DNA of 64,000 nucleotides, from the NCBI GenBank assembly GCA_963758635.1, contig CAVWWD010000006.1, positions 288,001 through 352,000 on the forward strand, read 5' to 3'. Source of the stretch: an uncultured Candidatus Rokubacteria bacterium (GTDB lineage: Bacteria; Methylomirabilota; Methylomirabilia; Rokubacteriales; CSP1-6). Positions 1 to 10,400 of this stretch are shown here, piece after piece; within the stretch, counting starts at the first letter, position 1, and each line of letters starts with the position of its first letter. Below the pieces are notes generated by a model. The model was not told the origin of the DNA and did no database searches. It was given only the letters and a program-made list of their open reading frames with translations. A program made the translations under genes and the position numbers.

Positions 1-127
1 CGGGCTCGATCCGGGACGCCGCCAGGAACCGCCCCATCTCGCGCGGATCCGGCGCGCCCTCGCAGCGCTTCCGCACCTCCTGCACGAACTCGGCCATGGA
101 CAGGGCCGCGGCGCTCGTCATGGGCAT
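1..127 (-). CDS. 5' part of a gene running off the window edge; unknown product
   Basis: ATG at 127 preceded by a GGAGGAG Shine-Dalgarno. Reads MPMTSAAALSMAEFVQEVRKRCEGAPDPREMGRFLAASRIEP with no stop before the edge. Confidence 0.55.
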   Translation of the reverse strand, partial: MPMTSAAALSMAEFVQEVRKRCEGAPDPREMGRFLAASRIEP

Positions 128-202
128 CTCCTCCGCGCCGATGCTACCGCGTTTCCATCGCGCCGCGACGAAGGAGCGCCCGCCGCCTGGGATGCTCCCC
201 CG

Positions 203-220
203 CGCAACATCGGGGTCAGG
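203..220. repeat. Half copy of the CGCAACATCGGGGTCAGG intergenic repeat (family B)
   Basis: Identical to the reverse complement of the right arm of the inverted repeat at 30573-30654. Confidence 0.65.
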
Positions 221-306
221 CACTCGCGCAACATCGCGCGAAGCGCTCGGCGGGCGGGCGGAAAAATGGCATGGTTCGGTGGAGGCGCCGCACGTAGGCT
301 AGCGCG

Positions 307-1080
307 ATGGTCTTCGCGCTCAAGCTCGTGCTGGTGCCGGCGCTCGTGGCGGCGATGTCGCTCGCGGCGCGGCGCTGGGGGCCGCGGCGGGCCGGCTTGC
401 TCACCGCGCTGCCCATCGTCACCGGGCCGGCGCTGCTGTTCTTCGCGATCGAGCAGGGCGCGGTGTTCGCCGCCGAGGCCGCGCGCGGAGCGCTGGCCGC
501 GCTCGTGGCCGTGGCCGCCGCCGGCCTCGCCTACGCGTGGGCGGCCACGCGCGCCCCGTGGTGGCTCTGCCTCGTCGCGAGCTGGGCGACCTTCACCGCG
601 CTCACCCTCCTCGTGCTCCGCGCCCACCTCGGGCCGTGGCCCGCGCTCCTCGCCGCGTGCGCGAGCTTCGCGGTGATGCCGTACCTCCTGCCCGTCGTCA
701 CGGGCGAGCGGACAACCCCGCGGCCGTGGGCGCTCGACCTGCCGCTCCGTATGCTCTCGGCGATGACGCTCGTGGTGACGGTGACCGAGCTGGCCGATCG
801 GCTCGGCCCCGACCTGTCCGGCGCGTTCACGCCGTTCCCGGTGGCGTTGACGGTGCTCCTCGCGTTCACGCACGCGCGCGAAGGAGCCCCGACCGCCATT
901 CGCTTCATGCGAGGGTTCGTCACCGGCATGTGGAGCTTCGCCATGTTCTGCTTCGTGGCCGCCGTCGCCATGGTGCCGCTGGGCCGGGCGGCGGGCCTGC
1001 TGCTCGCGTGCGCGGTGGTCCTGCCGGTCCAGGGTGCCGTCCTCTGGTGGACGGAGCGCTACGGCACGCGGGTGCGATGA
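307..1080 (+). CDS. Multi-pass integral membrane protein, function unknown
   Basis: 257 aa, strongly hydrophobic, with two related halves (RRWGPRRAGLLTALP and DRLGPDLSGAFTPFP). Confidence 0.8.
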   Translation: MVFALKLVLVPALVAAMSLAARRWGPRRAGLLTALPIVTGPALLFFAIEQGAVFAAEAARGALAALVAVAAAGLAYAWAATRAPWWLCLVASWATFTALTLLVLRAHLGPWPALLAACASFAVMPYLLPVVTGERTTPRPWALDLPLRMLSAMTLVVTVTELADRLGPDLSGAFTPFPVALTVLLAFTHAREGAPTAIRFMRGFVTGMWSFAMFCFVAAVAMVPLGRAAGLLLACAVVLPVQGAVLWWTERYGTRVR

Positions 1081-1169
1081 CGGCGCCGTCACGTCACGGC
1101 ACGGGCTCTCGGTTGCTGGTAAGATCCTGCCGACAGTTGCAGTCTGTTTGGCATCTACGGGGAACGACA

Positions 1170-1460
1170 GTGGACCTAGAAGAGTTGCTCGGAGAGCGGC
1201 GCAAAGCGATCTTGCAGATCGCGGCTCGCCACGGAGCGCGCAATGTTCGCGTGTTCGGCTCCGTTGCGCGCGGCGACGCAGGTCCGGACAGCGACATCGA
1301 TCTGCTTGTGGACGCGGGCCCGGACGCCAGTGCGTTCTTTCCCGCCGGCTTGATCGCCGACCTCGAGGAGTGTCTGGGGCGTCGGGTCGACGTGCTCACC
1401 GAGGGCGCGCTTCACTGGTATATCCGGGACCGTGTGGTTCACGAAGCCATCGCCCTGTGA
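1170..1460 (+). CDS. Minimal nucleotidyltransferase (MNT/MntA-type antitoxin)
   Basis: GTG start at 1170. Motif FGSVARGDAGPDSDID fits GSX10DXD. Overlaps the next gene (GTGA). Confidence 0.9.
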   Translation: MDLEELLGERRKAILQIAARHGARNVRVFGSVARGDAGPDSDIDLLVDAGPDASAFFPAGLIADLEECLGRRVDVLTEGALHWYIRDRVVHEAIAL

Positions 1461-1798
1461 AGGACGATCGGCTCTACCTCATCCACATCGGCGAGTGCAT
1501 CGAGCGAATCGCGCGTTACACCGCGAGCGGCCGCGCTGCATTCCTGAGTGACACCATGGTTCAGGACGCAGTGGTCCGGAATCTGCAGGTTCTGGCCGAG
1601 TCCACGCAAAGGCTATCCGATGCCTTCAGGGAACGGCGGCCGGAAGTCGATTGGCGGGCAATCGGAGCCTTTCGGAACGTGGTCGTGCACGACTACCTGG
1701 GGCTCGACATCCCACAGATGTGGACGATCATCGAGCGGGACGTGCCGCCGCTCAAGCGCGCGATCGAGGCGGCGCTGCAGGAACTCGACGGGCGGTAG
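1457..1798 (+). CDS. HEPN/DUF86 RNase toxin (HepT-type)
   Basis: Starts KDDRLYLIHIGECI. Contains RNVVVHDY (RX4HXY). Coupled to the MNT gene. Confidence 0.9.
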   Translation: MKDDRLYLIHIGECIERIARYTASGRAAFLSDTMVQDAVVRNLQVLAESTQRLSDAFRERRPEVDWRAIGAFRNVVVHDYLGLDIPQMWTIIERDVPPLKRAIEAALQELDGR

Positions 1799-1960
1799 GC
1801 AGCAGCCCCGCAAGCGCCGCTCGCGACGAGGCGCGGCGCCCGCCGGAGGTCGCCGCGGGTCAGGCGCCGATGCTGCGCGGCCGTCCGTCAGTTCCTCGGC
1901 GACGGCACCGGCTACCGTGTTGCGCGAGGGTCTGAGCCCGGTGTTTACAGCCGCCGCGTG

Positions 1961-2295
1961 CACCTCGGGCCGTGGCCCGCGCTCCTCGCCGCGTGCGCGA
2001 GCTTCGCGGTGATGCCGTACCTCCTGCCCGTCGTCGACGGGCGAGCGGACGACGCCGCGGCCGTGGGCGCTCGACCTGCCGCTCCGCATGCTCTCGGCGA
2101 TGACGCTCGTGGTGACGGTGACCGAGCTGGCCGACCGGCTCGGCTCGGACCTGTCCGGCCCCTTCACACCGTTCCCCGGTGGCCTTGACGGTGCTGCTCG
2201 CCGTTCACGCATGCGCGCGAGGGCGCCGCGCCGCCACCGCCATCCGGTTCATGCGAGGCTACGTCACCGGCATGTGGAGCTTCGCGGTGTTCTGC
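1961..2295 (+). pseudogene. Degenerate partial duplicate of the membrane protein gene (copy of 625-951)
   Basis: Near-identical DNA to 625-951 with substitutions and indels. Lacks the start and the C-terminus. Confidence 0.85.
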
Positions 2296-2397
2296 CGTGG
2301 TTGGGGAGATGTCATCCGTTCGGGCAGCCACGCCCGCGTCTCGGGCGGCCCGCAGGCGAGGGCCTGCCCGGCCGACGCGCGTGGCGCGTGCCCGCCG

Positions 2398-3162
2398 TCA
2401 CCGAAGCAGGGGCCGCGCGTTCACCGGCTGGACCGGGCGGTTGTTCGCGAATCCCATCGTCCGGGAGAAGTGCTCGATCTGAGCCCGGGAAGCGCTCGCG
2501 GTCTTCTTCATCACGACCCACCACACCCCTTCGGAGCACGGCGGGGTCGTGAGCGAGCCGTTGTAGCGGTAGTAGTCGCGCCCGGAGGGAAGCATCTGCG
2601 ACACGTTCAGACCGGCGGCCAGCGAGCTCTTGTCGCCGGCCGTCTTCGGCATCCTCTCCCACAGCCGGGCGAGGAACGGGTTCGCGGCGCCTTCCTGGAA
2701 CATCGCGGCGATCACGGCGAGGTTCCCGTCGCCGTCGGCGTGCACGAGGTGAGCCTCCAGCGGGAATTGCTTTCCGCCGATCCTGTTCTCGCTGGGCGCG
2801 TGGAAGTGAAACTGCTTCAGCTCGAACGTGCGGCCATCGACGGCCAGGCGGCTGCCCGCGGCGTAGCTCACCTGCACCGTGTGCCCGGTGTTGAGGATCT
2901 CGGCCGCCCCCGCCTGGTAGTCGATCTTGAGCGGCTTGAGGTTCGCCTCGACGAGCCCGGCGAGATCGACCGGCGACTGGTTCCGGCCGAGCGCGCACAT
3001 CGCGAACTTGGGATCGATCTTCGACCAGTGCTCCGGTCCCGTCTCGCCCGAGTAGCCCCAGTGCTGGGCCCCGGCGATCGTGGCTCCCATCGTGACCGCG
3101 ATCGCCAGCGTCGCTGCCGCCAGTCGCGCACCGGCCCGCGCTTCGCCTCCTGCCGTCGCCAT
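2398..3162 (-). CDS. cah: Exported alpha-class carbonic anhydrase
   Basis: Signal peptide, then HWGYSG..GPEHW, QSPVD, QFHFH, EAHLVH and YRYNGSLTTPPCSE. Confidence 0.95.
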   Translation of the reverse strand: MATAGGEARAGARLAAATLAIAVTMGATIAGAQHWGYSGETGPEHWSKIDPKFAMCALGRNQSPVDLAGLVEANLKPLKIDYQAGAAEILNTGHTVQVSYAAGSRLAVDGRTFELKQFHFHAPSENRIGGKQFPLEAHLVHADGDGNLAVIAAMFQEGAANPFLARLWERMPKTAGDKSSLAAGLNVSQMLPSGRDYYRYNGSLTTPPCSEGVWWVVMKKTASASRAQIEHFSRTMGFANNRPVQPVNARPLLR

Positions 3163-3357
3163 GGTCGGCACTCCTTCCCTTCGGTCCGCCGGCAATGTAG
3201 GGGCGGTAACACACCGGGGCAATGAGACGAAGGGCGTATCGGAACCCGGAGTGGTGCGTCCGGGACGGGAGGTGTGGAGAGCTGACGGGATGGGCTGGCC
3301 ACGGCCGGTGGGCGCCCCCGGGAACGAGGCGCCCGCCGGCCGCGGCCGGCGCTCGAA

Positions 3358-4827
3358 CTACTTCGCGACGGTCTGCGCCGGGGTCCGGGCCAGCTCCTCG
3401 GCGGCGGCCCGCGCGACCGCGGTGCCCTCGAAGAACTTCGGGTTCTGCGTTCCCCAGAGGTGCACGGCGTTGGCGAAGGTGAAGTCGCGGAAGTTGTCCG
3501 CGGTCATCAGCCCGTCTTCGAGCAGCTCGTAGGCCTCGGGGAGCGGATCCCGCATGTCGATCACGTCGAAGTGCCCGATGTCCGAGCTGTAGATCGCGTT
3601 CATCTTCGCGCGGAACGGGTTGTTGCCGCTGAACGCCCACGCGTTCGACCGGTCGTCGGCCTCGCAGCCGAAGTAGAACGGCTTGGCGTAGAGGTCGACC
3701 CAGTCCTCCTTGCGGGTGATCTTGCACGCCGAGAAGTCGTCCATGTCCGCGACGCCGCCCGTGAGGTTCGCGTCGTTGTCCGGCCAGCCGTCGCGCGCGT
3801 GGAGAACGGCCGCGATGTCCGCGTCGCCGTACTTCTCGACCATGCGCATGAGCAGGTCGCGGTCGAGCTTGCGCGGGTCCATGCGCTCGAGCGCCTTCGC
3901 GTTGCGCCGCTCCCAGTGCTCCATGAGGTCGCAGAAGAGCTGGCAGGCCCAGCCCACCCCACCCTCGAGGAACGCGAACCGGAGCGCGGGGAAGCGACGG
4001 GTCACCCCGCCCAGGAAGATGGCCTTGGACACGGCGTGCCCGGCCGCGGCGAAGTGGCCGATGTGGTTGTAGACGAAGTTCGTCGGCGACAGGCGCAGGC
4101 CCTGGTTGCTGCCCGCGCTGTGGAACGTGGGCGCGATCTTCACCTCCTGGCACTTCGCCCACACCGGGTCGTAGTCGTGATCGCTGTCCAGCGCGAGCAC
4201 GTCGTACCACACGGCGAGGCGGGCCGAGTCGGGGTCGGCGTTCGCGGCGGCCGCCGCCGCGGTCTTGCGCGACATGCCGCTGCCGAACATGCCCACCTTG
4301 GACCCGAGCTCTTTCGTCACGAACTCGAGCTCCGCGATAGCTTCTTCCGGCGAGTGCATCGGGATGATCGCCGCCGGCGTCATCCGATCGCCGAGGTCGC
4401 GGAAGTAGTCCGCGGTCACGATGTTGTGGGCGCGGACCACGGCGCGCCGGGTGGCGTCGTCCGAGATGCGCGGCACCCTGAGCCCGGCCGTCGGATAGAT
4501 GATCGCGAAGTCGCTGCCGATCTCGGGGAGGCGCTCGTACAGGAGCCGCGGCATCATCGCGGTGGCGCGATCCAGCGTGTTCTCGGCCTGGCGGCTCCAG
4601 AAGGCGGGCTGGGCGATGCGACGGCGACGGCGCTCCTCGACCGACATGCTCAGCGCGTCGCGCGTGGTCTGCATCGCGGCCAGGAAGCCGTCGGCCGCCC
4701 GGTCGCCGCCGACCTTCCGCATCCGCTCCGCGAAGACGGGGTCGAACTCGACCCAGTGGCCGTCCCCGTCGATGATCGGATGATCGAGGCTCGAGCGGAT
4801 CTGTTCGGGCGACTTGTGAGCGCTCAT
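3358..4827 (-). CDS. Amidohydrolase_2 family protein
   Basis: Start MSAHKSPEQ after GGAGGAG. Motifs IIDGDGH, FHS, FLEGGVGW and SSDIGHFD. Paralogue of 30677-32129. Confidence 0.9.
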   Translation of the reverse strand: MSAHKSPEQIRSSLDHPIIDGDGHWVEFDPVFAERMRKVGGDRAADGFLAAMQTTRDALSMSVEERRRRRIAQPAFWSRQAENTLDRATAMMPRLLYERLPEIGSDFAIIYPTAGLRVPRISDDATRRAVVRAHNIVTADYFRDLGDRMTPAAIIPMHSPEEAIAELEFVTKELGSKVGMFGSGMSRKTAAAAAANADPDSARLAVWYDVLALDSDHDYDPVWAKCQEVKIAPTFHSAGSNQGLRLSPTNFVYNHIGHFAAAGHAVSKAIFLGGVTRRFPALRFAFLEGGVGWACQLFCDLMEHWERRNAKALERMDPRKLDRDLLMRMVEKYGDADIAAVLHARDGWPDNDANLTGGVADMDDFSACKITRKEDWVDLYAKPFYFGCEADDRSNAWAFSGNNPFRAKMNAIYSSDIGHFDVIDMRDPLPEAYELLEDGLMTADNFRDFTFANAVHLWGTQNPKFFEGTAVARAAAEELARTPAQTVAK

Positions 4828-4988
4828 GTGCTCTCCTCCCTCGGGCCCCGGCCCCCGGACGCGGGCCGTTCGACCCGACCGCTGACGGTGTGCGTTGCCG
4901 GGGCCAGGATACTGGATGCCTCGCGGCCGTTCAAACCGCGCCGGCGGGGCGCGTGCCCGCGGCCGGGCGGGCCGGGCGAGGACCGAGG

Positions 4989-5826
4989 CTAGTCGCCGGC
5001 GGCTCGCACCGCCGCGAACGCCTCGCGATAGGCCGCCGCGAACTCGGACGCGGTCGTAGAGGTCGTTATGGTCCGCGCCGGCGATGACCTGGTGCCGGAC
5101 CAGGCGCCGGATCGCGGGAAGGAGGGCCTCGGTGCGGCGCGGCGGGATGACCGTATCGCGCTCTGCGCGGATCACCGCGGTCGGGCGCTCGTGCGCGGCC
5201 ATCGCCGCGGCGGCGTCGATGTCGTGGCGGAACAGGAGCCGCACGGGCAGCCAGAAGTAGTGCCCCTGCGCCACGGCCGCGAGGGAATCGAACGGGGAGA
5301 CCAGGACGAGCCCAGCGAGCCCGCGCTCGCGGGCGAGATGGGCGGCAACCCCGGCGCCGAGGCTCACCCCGACCGCGTAGACGCGGCGGCTGCCCGCCGC
5401 GGGCACGAGCGCATCGTGGATAGCCACCGCATCGCCCATCAGGGCCGCGGCGCTCGGCTTGCCGGTGCTCGGCGCGTAGCCGCGGTAGTGGAACGTGACG
5501 ATCTCCGCGTCGGGCGAAAGCTCTCGGAGGAACAGGGCGAGGTGATCGGCGTTCCAGGCGTTGCCGCCGAAGCCAAGGACCAGCGGGGCCTGCTCGCCCG
5601 GCCCAGGCAGGCGAAGTCCGGCCAGCGTGTCGCCGTCGTTCGTGGCGAGCCGGAGTCGCTCGGCCCCGGCCGGGAGCACGGCGGGGCTGCCAGGGACCAT
5701 GCCGGTCGGAAACAGCATGGAGGTCTGGCCCGCGTACATCACGCCGGCGATGGCCGCGTAGACGAGCGCGGCGGCGATCAGCACGGTGAGGGTCGTGCCC
5801 AGGAACGTGGCTCCCCGTCCATCCAC
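4989..5826 (-). CDS. Alpha/beta hydrolase with N-terminal membrane anchor; apparent indel near the 3' end
   Basis: FGGNA, YRGY, nucleophile elbow GVSLG, acid D (ERDTVIP) and His (GADHND). A TAG at 4989-4991 is reached after a one-base shift. Confidence 0.85.
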
Positions 5827-5869
5827 AGGAACTCCTCGCCGAAGTCTACCCCGCTCTTCGAGTGGCGCC

Positions 5870-8800
5870 TCACGCCGCGAGCGCCGCCGCCTTCACCCGC
5901 TGGAGCACCGCGACCAGCTCGTCCACCTGGGGAGACGGAAAGATCCCATCCGGCCCCCGGGGCGCCACGTCCGTGAACGGCGACTCGTACAGCCGCGCCG
6001 CGTCCATCACGCCGTGCTCGGTGAGGTGGTCCACGATCAGGTTGACGAACTCGATCTGGTTGGCCGTAGCGGTGCGGCCCGACAGGAACCCGGCGAAGGC
6101 CTCCTTGGCCGCTTCCCGGTCGAGGCCGATCAGCGACCGGACGAAGAGGCCCAGCCCCTGCGACTCCGTCCGGGCGCGCTCGATGTCCCGGGCCTCGCCC
6201 ACGCCGCTCTCGGCCAGCACGCGCTCCAGCTCCCGCAGGTCGGACTCCGTCAGCGGCCGGTTCGTGCGCAGCTTGCGGATGGTCACGTGGTCGGCATGCT
6301 GCCGGAGGAACGCGCGCGCCTTGGCGCGGAAGCGCTCGAAGCCGTCCGGCGCGGCGAAGCCGGGCAGGTCCACGGCCACCTCGCCGCCGATCTGATCCTG
6401 GAAGTCGGTGTAGATCGGCCGGCGCTTCTGCTTGTCGATCAGCTTGACCAGGGCGCGCAGGCGCTTGCGGGCGCCCTCCAGCATGGGCAGCGTCACGTCC
6501 TGCCACCACGCGTCCTCCTGGATCTCCAGGATCAGCGGCAGCTCCTGCCGGACCATCGGGATGCTGGCCTGCTCCTCCAGGAGCCCGGCGATCGCCTTCA
6601 CCTGCTCGGAGAGCCGTCGGAACGCCGGCTCCGCGCGCAGCACCGCGAGCTGAAGGTTCAGCACGAGCAGGTCGAAGCGCTTGGCCTCCTCGTCCTCGGG
6701 CTCCTGCTCGGACGGCAGGCCCGCCACGTCGTGAGCCAGCTCCGCCAGCGACTCCTCCGCGAGCGCGGCCCACGCCTCCGGGCGCGCGTACTTCTCCACC
6801 AGGCGGCGCTTCGGGCGCACGACGAAGTTGTCGAGGTTCATCGCCGCCACCTCGGCGTGCAGCAGCGAGGCCAGGTCCGCGCGGAGCAGGCCGGTGGCGC
6901 GGTAGGCGGCGGGCGGCTCGGCGACGCACCCGGCGGCCGCCGGCGCGGCGTCGGCCGGAGGACGGTCGAGGAGACCGATCAGCTCCAGCCGGGTCTTGAA
7001 GAGACGCTTCCCCAGCGACTCGCCGAGCGTCCCTTCCGTCGCGGGCGGGCTCTGGCTGAAGAACTCCAGGTTCTGGCAGTAGTCGAGGATGTAGAAGAAG
7101 GCCTTGTCCTTGCCCGGGCCGAAGAGGTCCGGGCACAGCCGGGTGCCGCGACCGACCATCTGCCAGAACTTCGTCTTCGAGCGCACGAGCTTGAAGAAGA
7201 CCAGGTTGACCACCTCGGGGATGTCGATGCCGGTGTCGAGCATGTCCACCGAGATGGCGATGTGCGGCGGCCGGGCCGGGTTCGAGAAGTCGTCGATCAG
7301 GCTCTGCGCGTAGGGCAGCCCGCTGTGGATGACGCGCGCGAACGCGCCCTTGTAGCGGGGATAGTTCGCGTCGAAGCGCTGGGCCATGAACTCCGCGTGG
7401 GCCTGGTTCTTGGCGAACACGATGGTCTTGCCGAGGCGGTCGCCGCCGGCCACCGTCTGCCCGCGGGTCATCAGGTGCTCGAGCACCTTGTCCACCGTGT
7501 CCTGGTTGAACAGCCACTTGTTGACGGCCTCGGCCTCGACGCGGTCGGGCGTGCCGCCGTCCTCGTCCCACTCGACCTCGTCCCAGCGCTCCTTCTCTTC
7601 CTCCGAGAGCTGGTCGTAGGTGATCCCCTCGCGCTGGAACTTGATCGGGACCGAGACCGCCCTGGGCCGGCACGAGGAAGCCGTCGTTGACCGCGTCCTG
7701 CGAGGTCGTAGGCGTCGGTGGGGACGCCGCGCTCGAGGTCGAAGAGCGTGTAGGTGTTGATGTCCACCTCGTCCTTGGGGGTGGCCGTCAGCCCGACGAG
7801 CAGCGCGTCGAAGTAGGCGAAGATCGCCCGGTACTTCTGGTACACGGACCGGTGCGCCTCGTCGATCACGACGAGGTCGAAGTGCCCCACGCCGAAGCGC
7901 CGCCGGCCGTCCCGCGCCTCGTCGATCAGCCCCATCATGGTCGGGTAGGTCGAGACGTAGATCCGCCCCTCGCCGTCCCGCTCGGTCACGAGGTTCACGG
8001 GCGCCGAGTCCGGCAGGTGCCGCTTGAAGGCGTTGACCGCCTGCTTCACCAGCGCCACGCGATCGGCCAGGAACAGGACGCGCTTCACCCAGTTGCAGCG
8101 GATCAGGAGGTCGCAGAGCGCGATGACCGTGCGCGTCTTGCCCGCGCCCGTGGCCATGACGAGGAGGGCCTTCCGCTCCCGGTCGCGCTCGAAGGCCTCG
8201 GCGATCCGGCGGATGGCGCGCGTCTGGTAGTAGCGCTCCACGATGGCGCCGTCCACCGGCGCGTCCAGAAGCGGCTTGCGGCTCGCCCGCCGCTGGATGG
8301 CCAGCTCCAGCTCGTCCTTCTCGAGGAAGCCCTGCACGGCGCGCGGCGGGTAGCTGGCGTCGTCCCACAGCCAGTGCTCGTAGCCGTTCGTGTAGAAGAC
8401 GATCGGGCGGCGGCCGTACTGCCGCTCCAGGCAGTCGGCGTAGAGCTTGGCCTGCTGCTGGCCGATAAGCGCCGACTTCCTCGTGCGCTTGGCCTCCACC
8501 ACGGCGAGCGGAAGGCCGTCGTCACCCCAGAGCACGTAGTCCACGAAGCCCTTGCCCGGGGCGTTGGGCATGCCGGTGACTTCGAACTCGCGATCCCGCG
8601 GCTGGTCCAGCGCCCACCCCGCCTCCTTCAGCAGGAGGTCGACGAAGCAGGTCGCGTGTCTCGGTCTCGGAGTAGTCATGGGTGTCGGGCAGCGGCCGCG
8701 GCGGCTTTCTTCGCGGCGGCCACCTCCGCGCGCAGCCGCGCCAGCTCCTCGTCCAGCGCCGAGCGGTCGGCCAGGAGCGTCGAGAGCTTCTCGTCCCGCT

Positions 8801-9292
8801 CGCGCAGGGCCGATTCGATCGCCTGGAGCTGCTCGGCCGTCTGCCGCGGGATGGACGCGGTGCGCGGCAGGGCCGCCGGGTCGAAGGCGAGCCCCGGCGC
8901 GGGTCTCGCCCCGCGCGCGTGGGTGCGCGCGAGCCAGTAGCCCACGTGGAACAGCTCGCGCACCGCCGCCACCGCGTCCGCGGGCTCGACGGGCCGCTGG
9001 CCGTGAACGGCCCGGTTGCCGAGCTGGTTGATCACGCGCGCCTTGCCGAACACGGCCTCGCCGGCGGCCGCCTTGAAGCTCGGCTCGTGGAGGAGGGCGC
9101 TCAGGCTGTCCTGATACGGAAGGTGGAGGGCGGGATCGGCCTTGTAGGCCCAGGCCACCGCCAGCTCCAGCGCCCGGCGGGCGTAGAAGCAGGCCGTGCG
9201 GGGATCGGGGTGAGCCGCCTCGGCGGCCCGGTCGGCCGCCTCGTGAACGTTGGGCCACTCGGCCTGCGAGGAAGGCTGAACAGGCTCGTCAC
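5870..9292 (-). CDS. hsdR: Type I restriction endonuclease subunit R (EcoAI/EcoEI-like with N-terminal DUF4145-type region), split by indels
   Basis: Nuclease FVDYVL..VEAKR, Walker A MATGAGKT, DEAH box, TATP, VDMLDTGIDIP and QMVGRGTR, spread over ORFs 8676-9308, 7471-9258 and 5870-8368. Confidence 0.93.
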
Positions 9293-9300
9293 GACGGTCC

Positions 9301-9355
9301 TGTCGCAAGCTGTGTCGCGAGCATGTCGCAAGTTGTGTCGCAAGCCTGTCACAGC
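9301..9355. repeat. Array of phased direct repeats TGTCGCAAGY (4 full copies + 1 degenerate; 11-12 bp period)
   Basis: Copies start at 9301, 9313, 9324, 9336 and 9347, between the fic stop and the hsdR start. Confidence 0.85.
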
Positions 9356-10399
9356 TTTTCTCGGAGCAGATAGGACGAGGTTGTTGGTCTCGCCTTCGTG
9401 CGCAGGAGCCCCTTTCTCTCGAGTAAGCCGAGGTCTCGCTGCAGGGTGCGGCGGCTCACGTCCGGGCAGAGGTCCTGGAACGTCCGGATGTCGAGGCTCG
9501 GGACTCCTGGAGCTGCTCGATGGCCCTCTCCTGGCGGGGGTTGAGCCGGTGGATCTTGACGACGACATCGCGCTTGATGGCGGCCTCGCCTCGCGCCTTG
9601 ACCTCGGCGAGCTGGGTGGCCAGGCCCGCGACGAAGAACTCGAGCCAGCTCGTCAGGTCCATGTCCTGCTCGCGCACGCTCCGGATCGCCTGGTAGAACG
9701 CGTTCCGGTCCCGGTCGTAGTACTCGCTGCAGCGTGAACAGGCGCTTGAAGTCGTAGCCCGCCCGGTAGAGGCAGAGCGTGGAGAGCAGCGCGCGAGGTC
9801 TCGCCCGATTCCCGTCCAGGAACGGGTGGATGTGGACGAGCTGGTACTGGGCGACGCCCGCGACCAGTACGGGGTGCACGGCCGACTCTTCGCGGAGCCA
9901 CGCCACGAAGTCCCGCATGAGTGGCGGCACGTCCTCTGGCGGCGGCGGCGTGTAGGTCACCTCGCGGGTCCGGCTGTTCACCACGTAGTTCTGTACCGTG
10001 CGGTAGGCTCCGGGGCCGCCCTCGCCCGCCGCGCACCTCCTCCACCAGGCGGCGATGGATCTCGCGGATCAGCCCCTCGGTCGACAGGCTCGCCGGATTC
10101 CAGATACTCGGAGACCAGATCGAACGCCCGCGGTAGTTCAGCAGCTCCCGCACGTCGTCGGGCTTGCGCCCGGGACCTGGTCACCCGCCCAGAGGCGCTC
10201 GGACTCCTCGATGGTGAGCTGAGTGCCCTCGATGTGAGTGGTGTGGTGCGCCTCCAGCAGCAGCGCCCGCTGGCTCATCCGGCGCACCCACTCCGCCGAG
10301 AGCGTCGCCGCCTCCAGGAACCCCCGCGCCCGCTCGATCGCTGTCAGCCCCGCGGTGATGGCGTGGGTGATGGTGAAGCGCGGGCGCGAAGCCGGTCAC
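9349..10399 (-). CDS. Fic family protein with C-terminal DeoR-like winged HTH, split by indels
   Basis: N-terminal [19 protein letters not shown], Fic motif HIHPFLDGN(GR) and C-terminal [12 protein letters not shown]. Confidence 0.88.
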
Positions 10400-10400
10400 G

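Noticed and set aside
1..127. Assigning the edge gene as a cysteine dioxygenase
   Set aside because: Only 42 codons are visible and no diagnostic motif falls within the window.
3358..5826. Apparent 822 aa alpha/beta-hydrolase-amidohydrolase fusion
   Set aside because: The linker is non-coding-like, the amidohydrolase has its own ribosome-binding site and ATG at 4827, and a one-base shift restores a stop at 4989.
9301..9355. Possible mini-CRISPR array
   Set aside because: The repeats are 10 bp with 1-2 bp gaps. There are no spacers and no cas genes.
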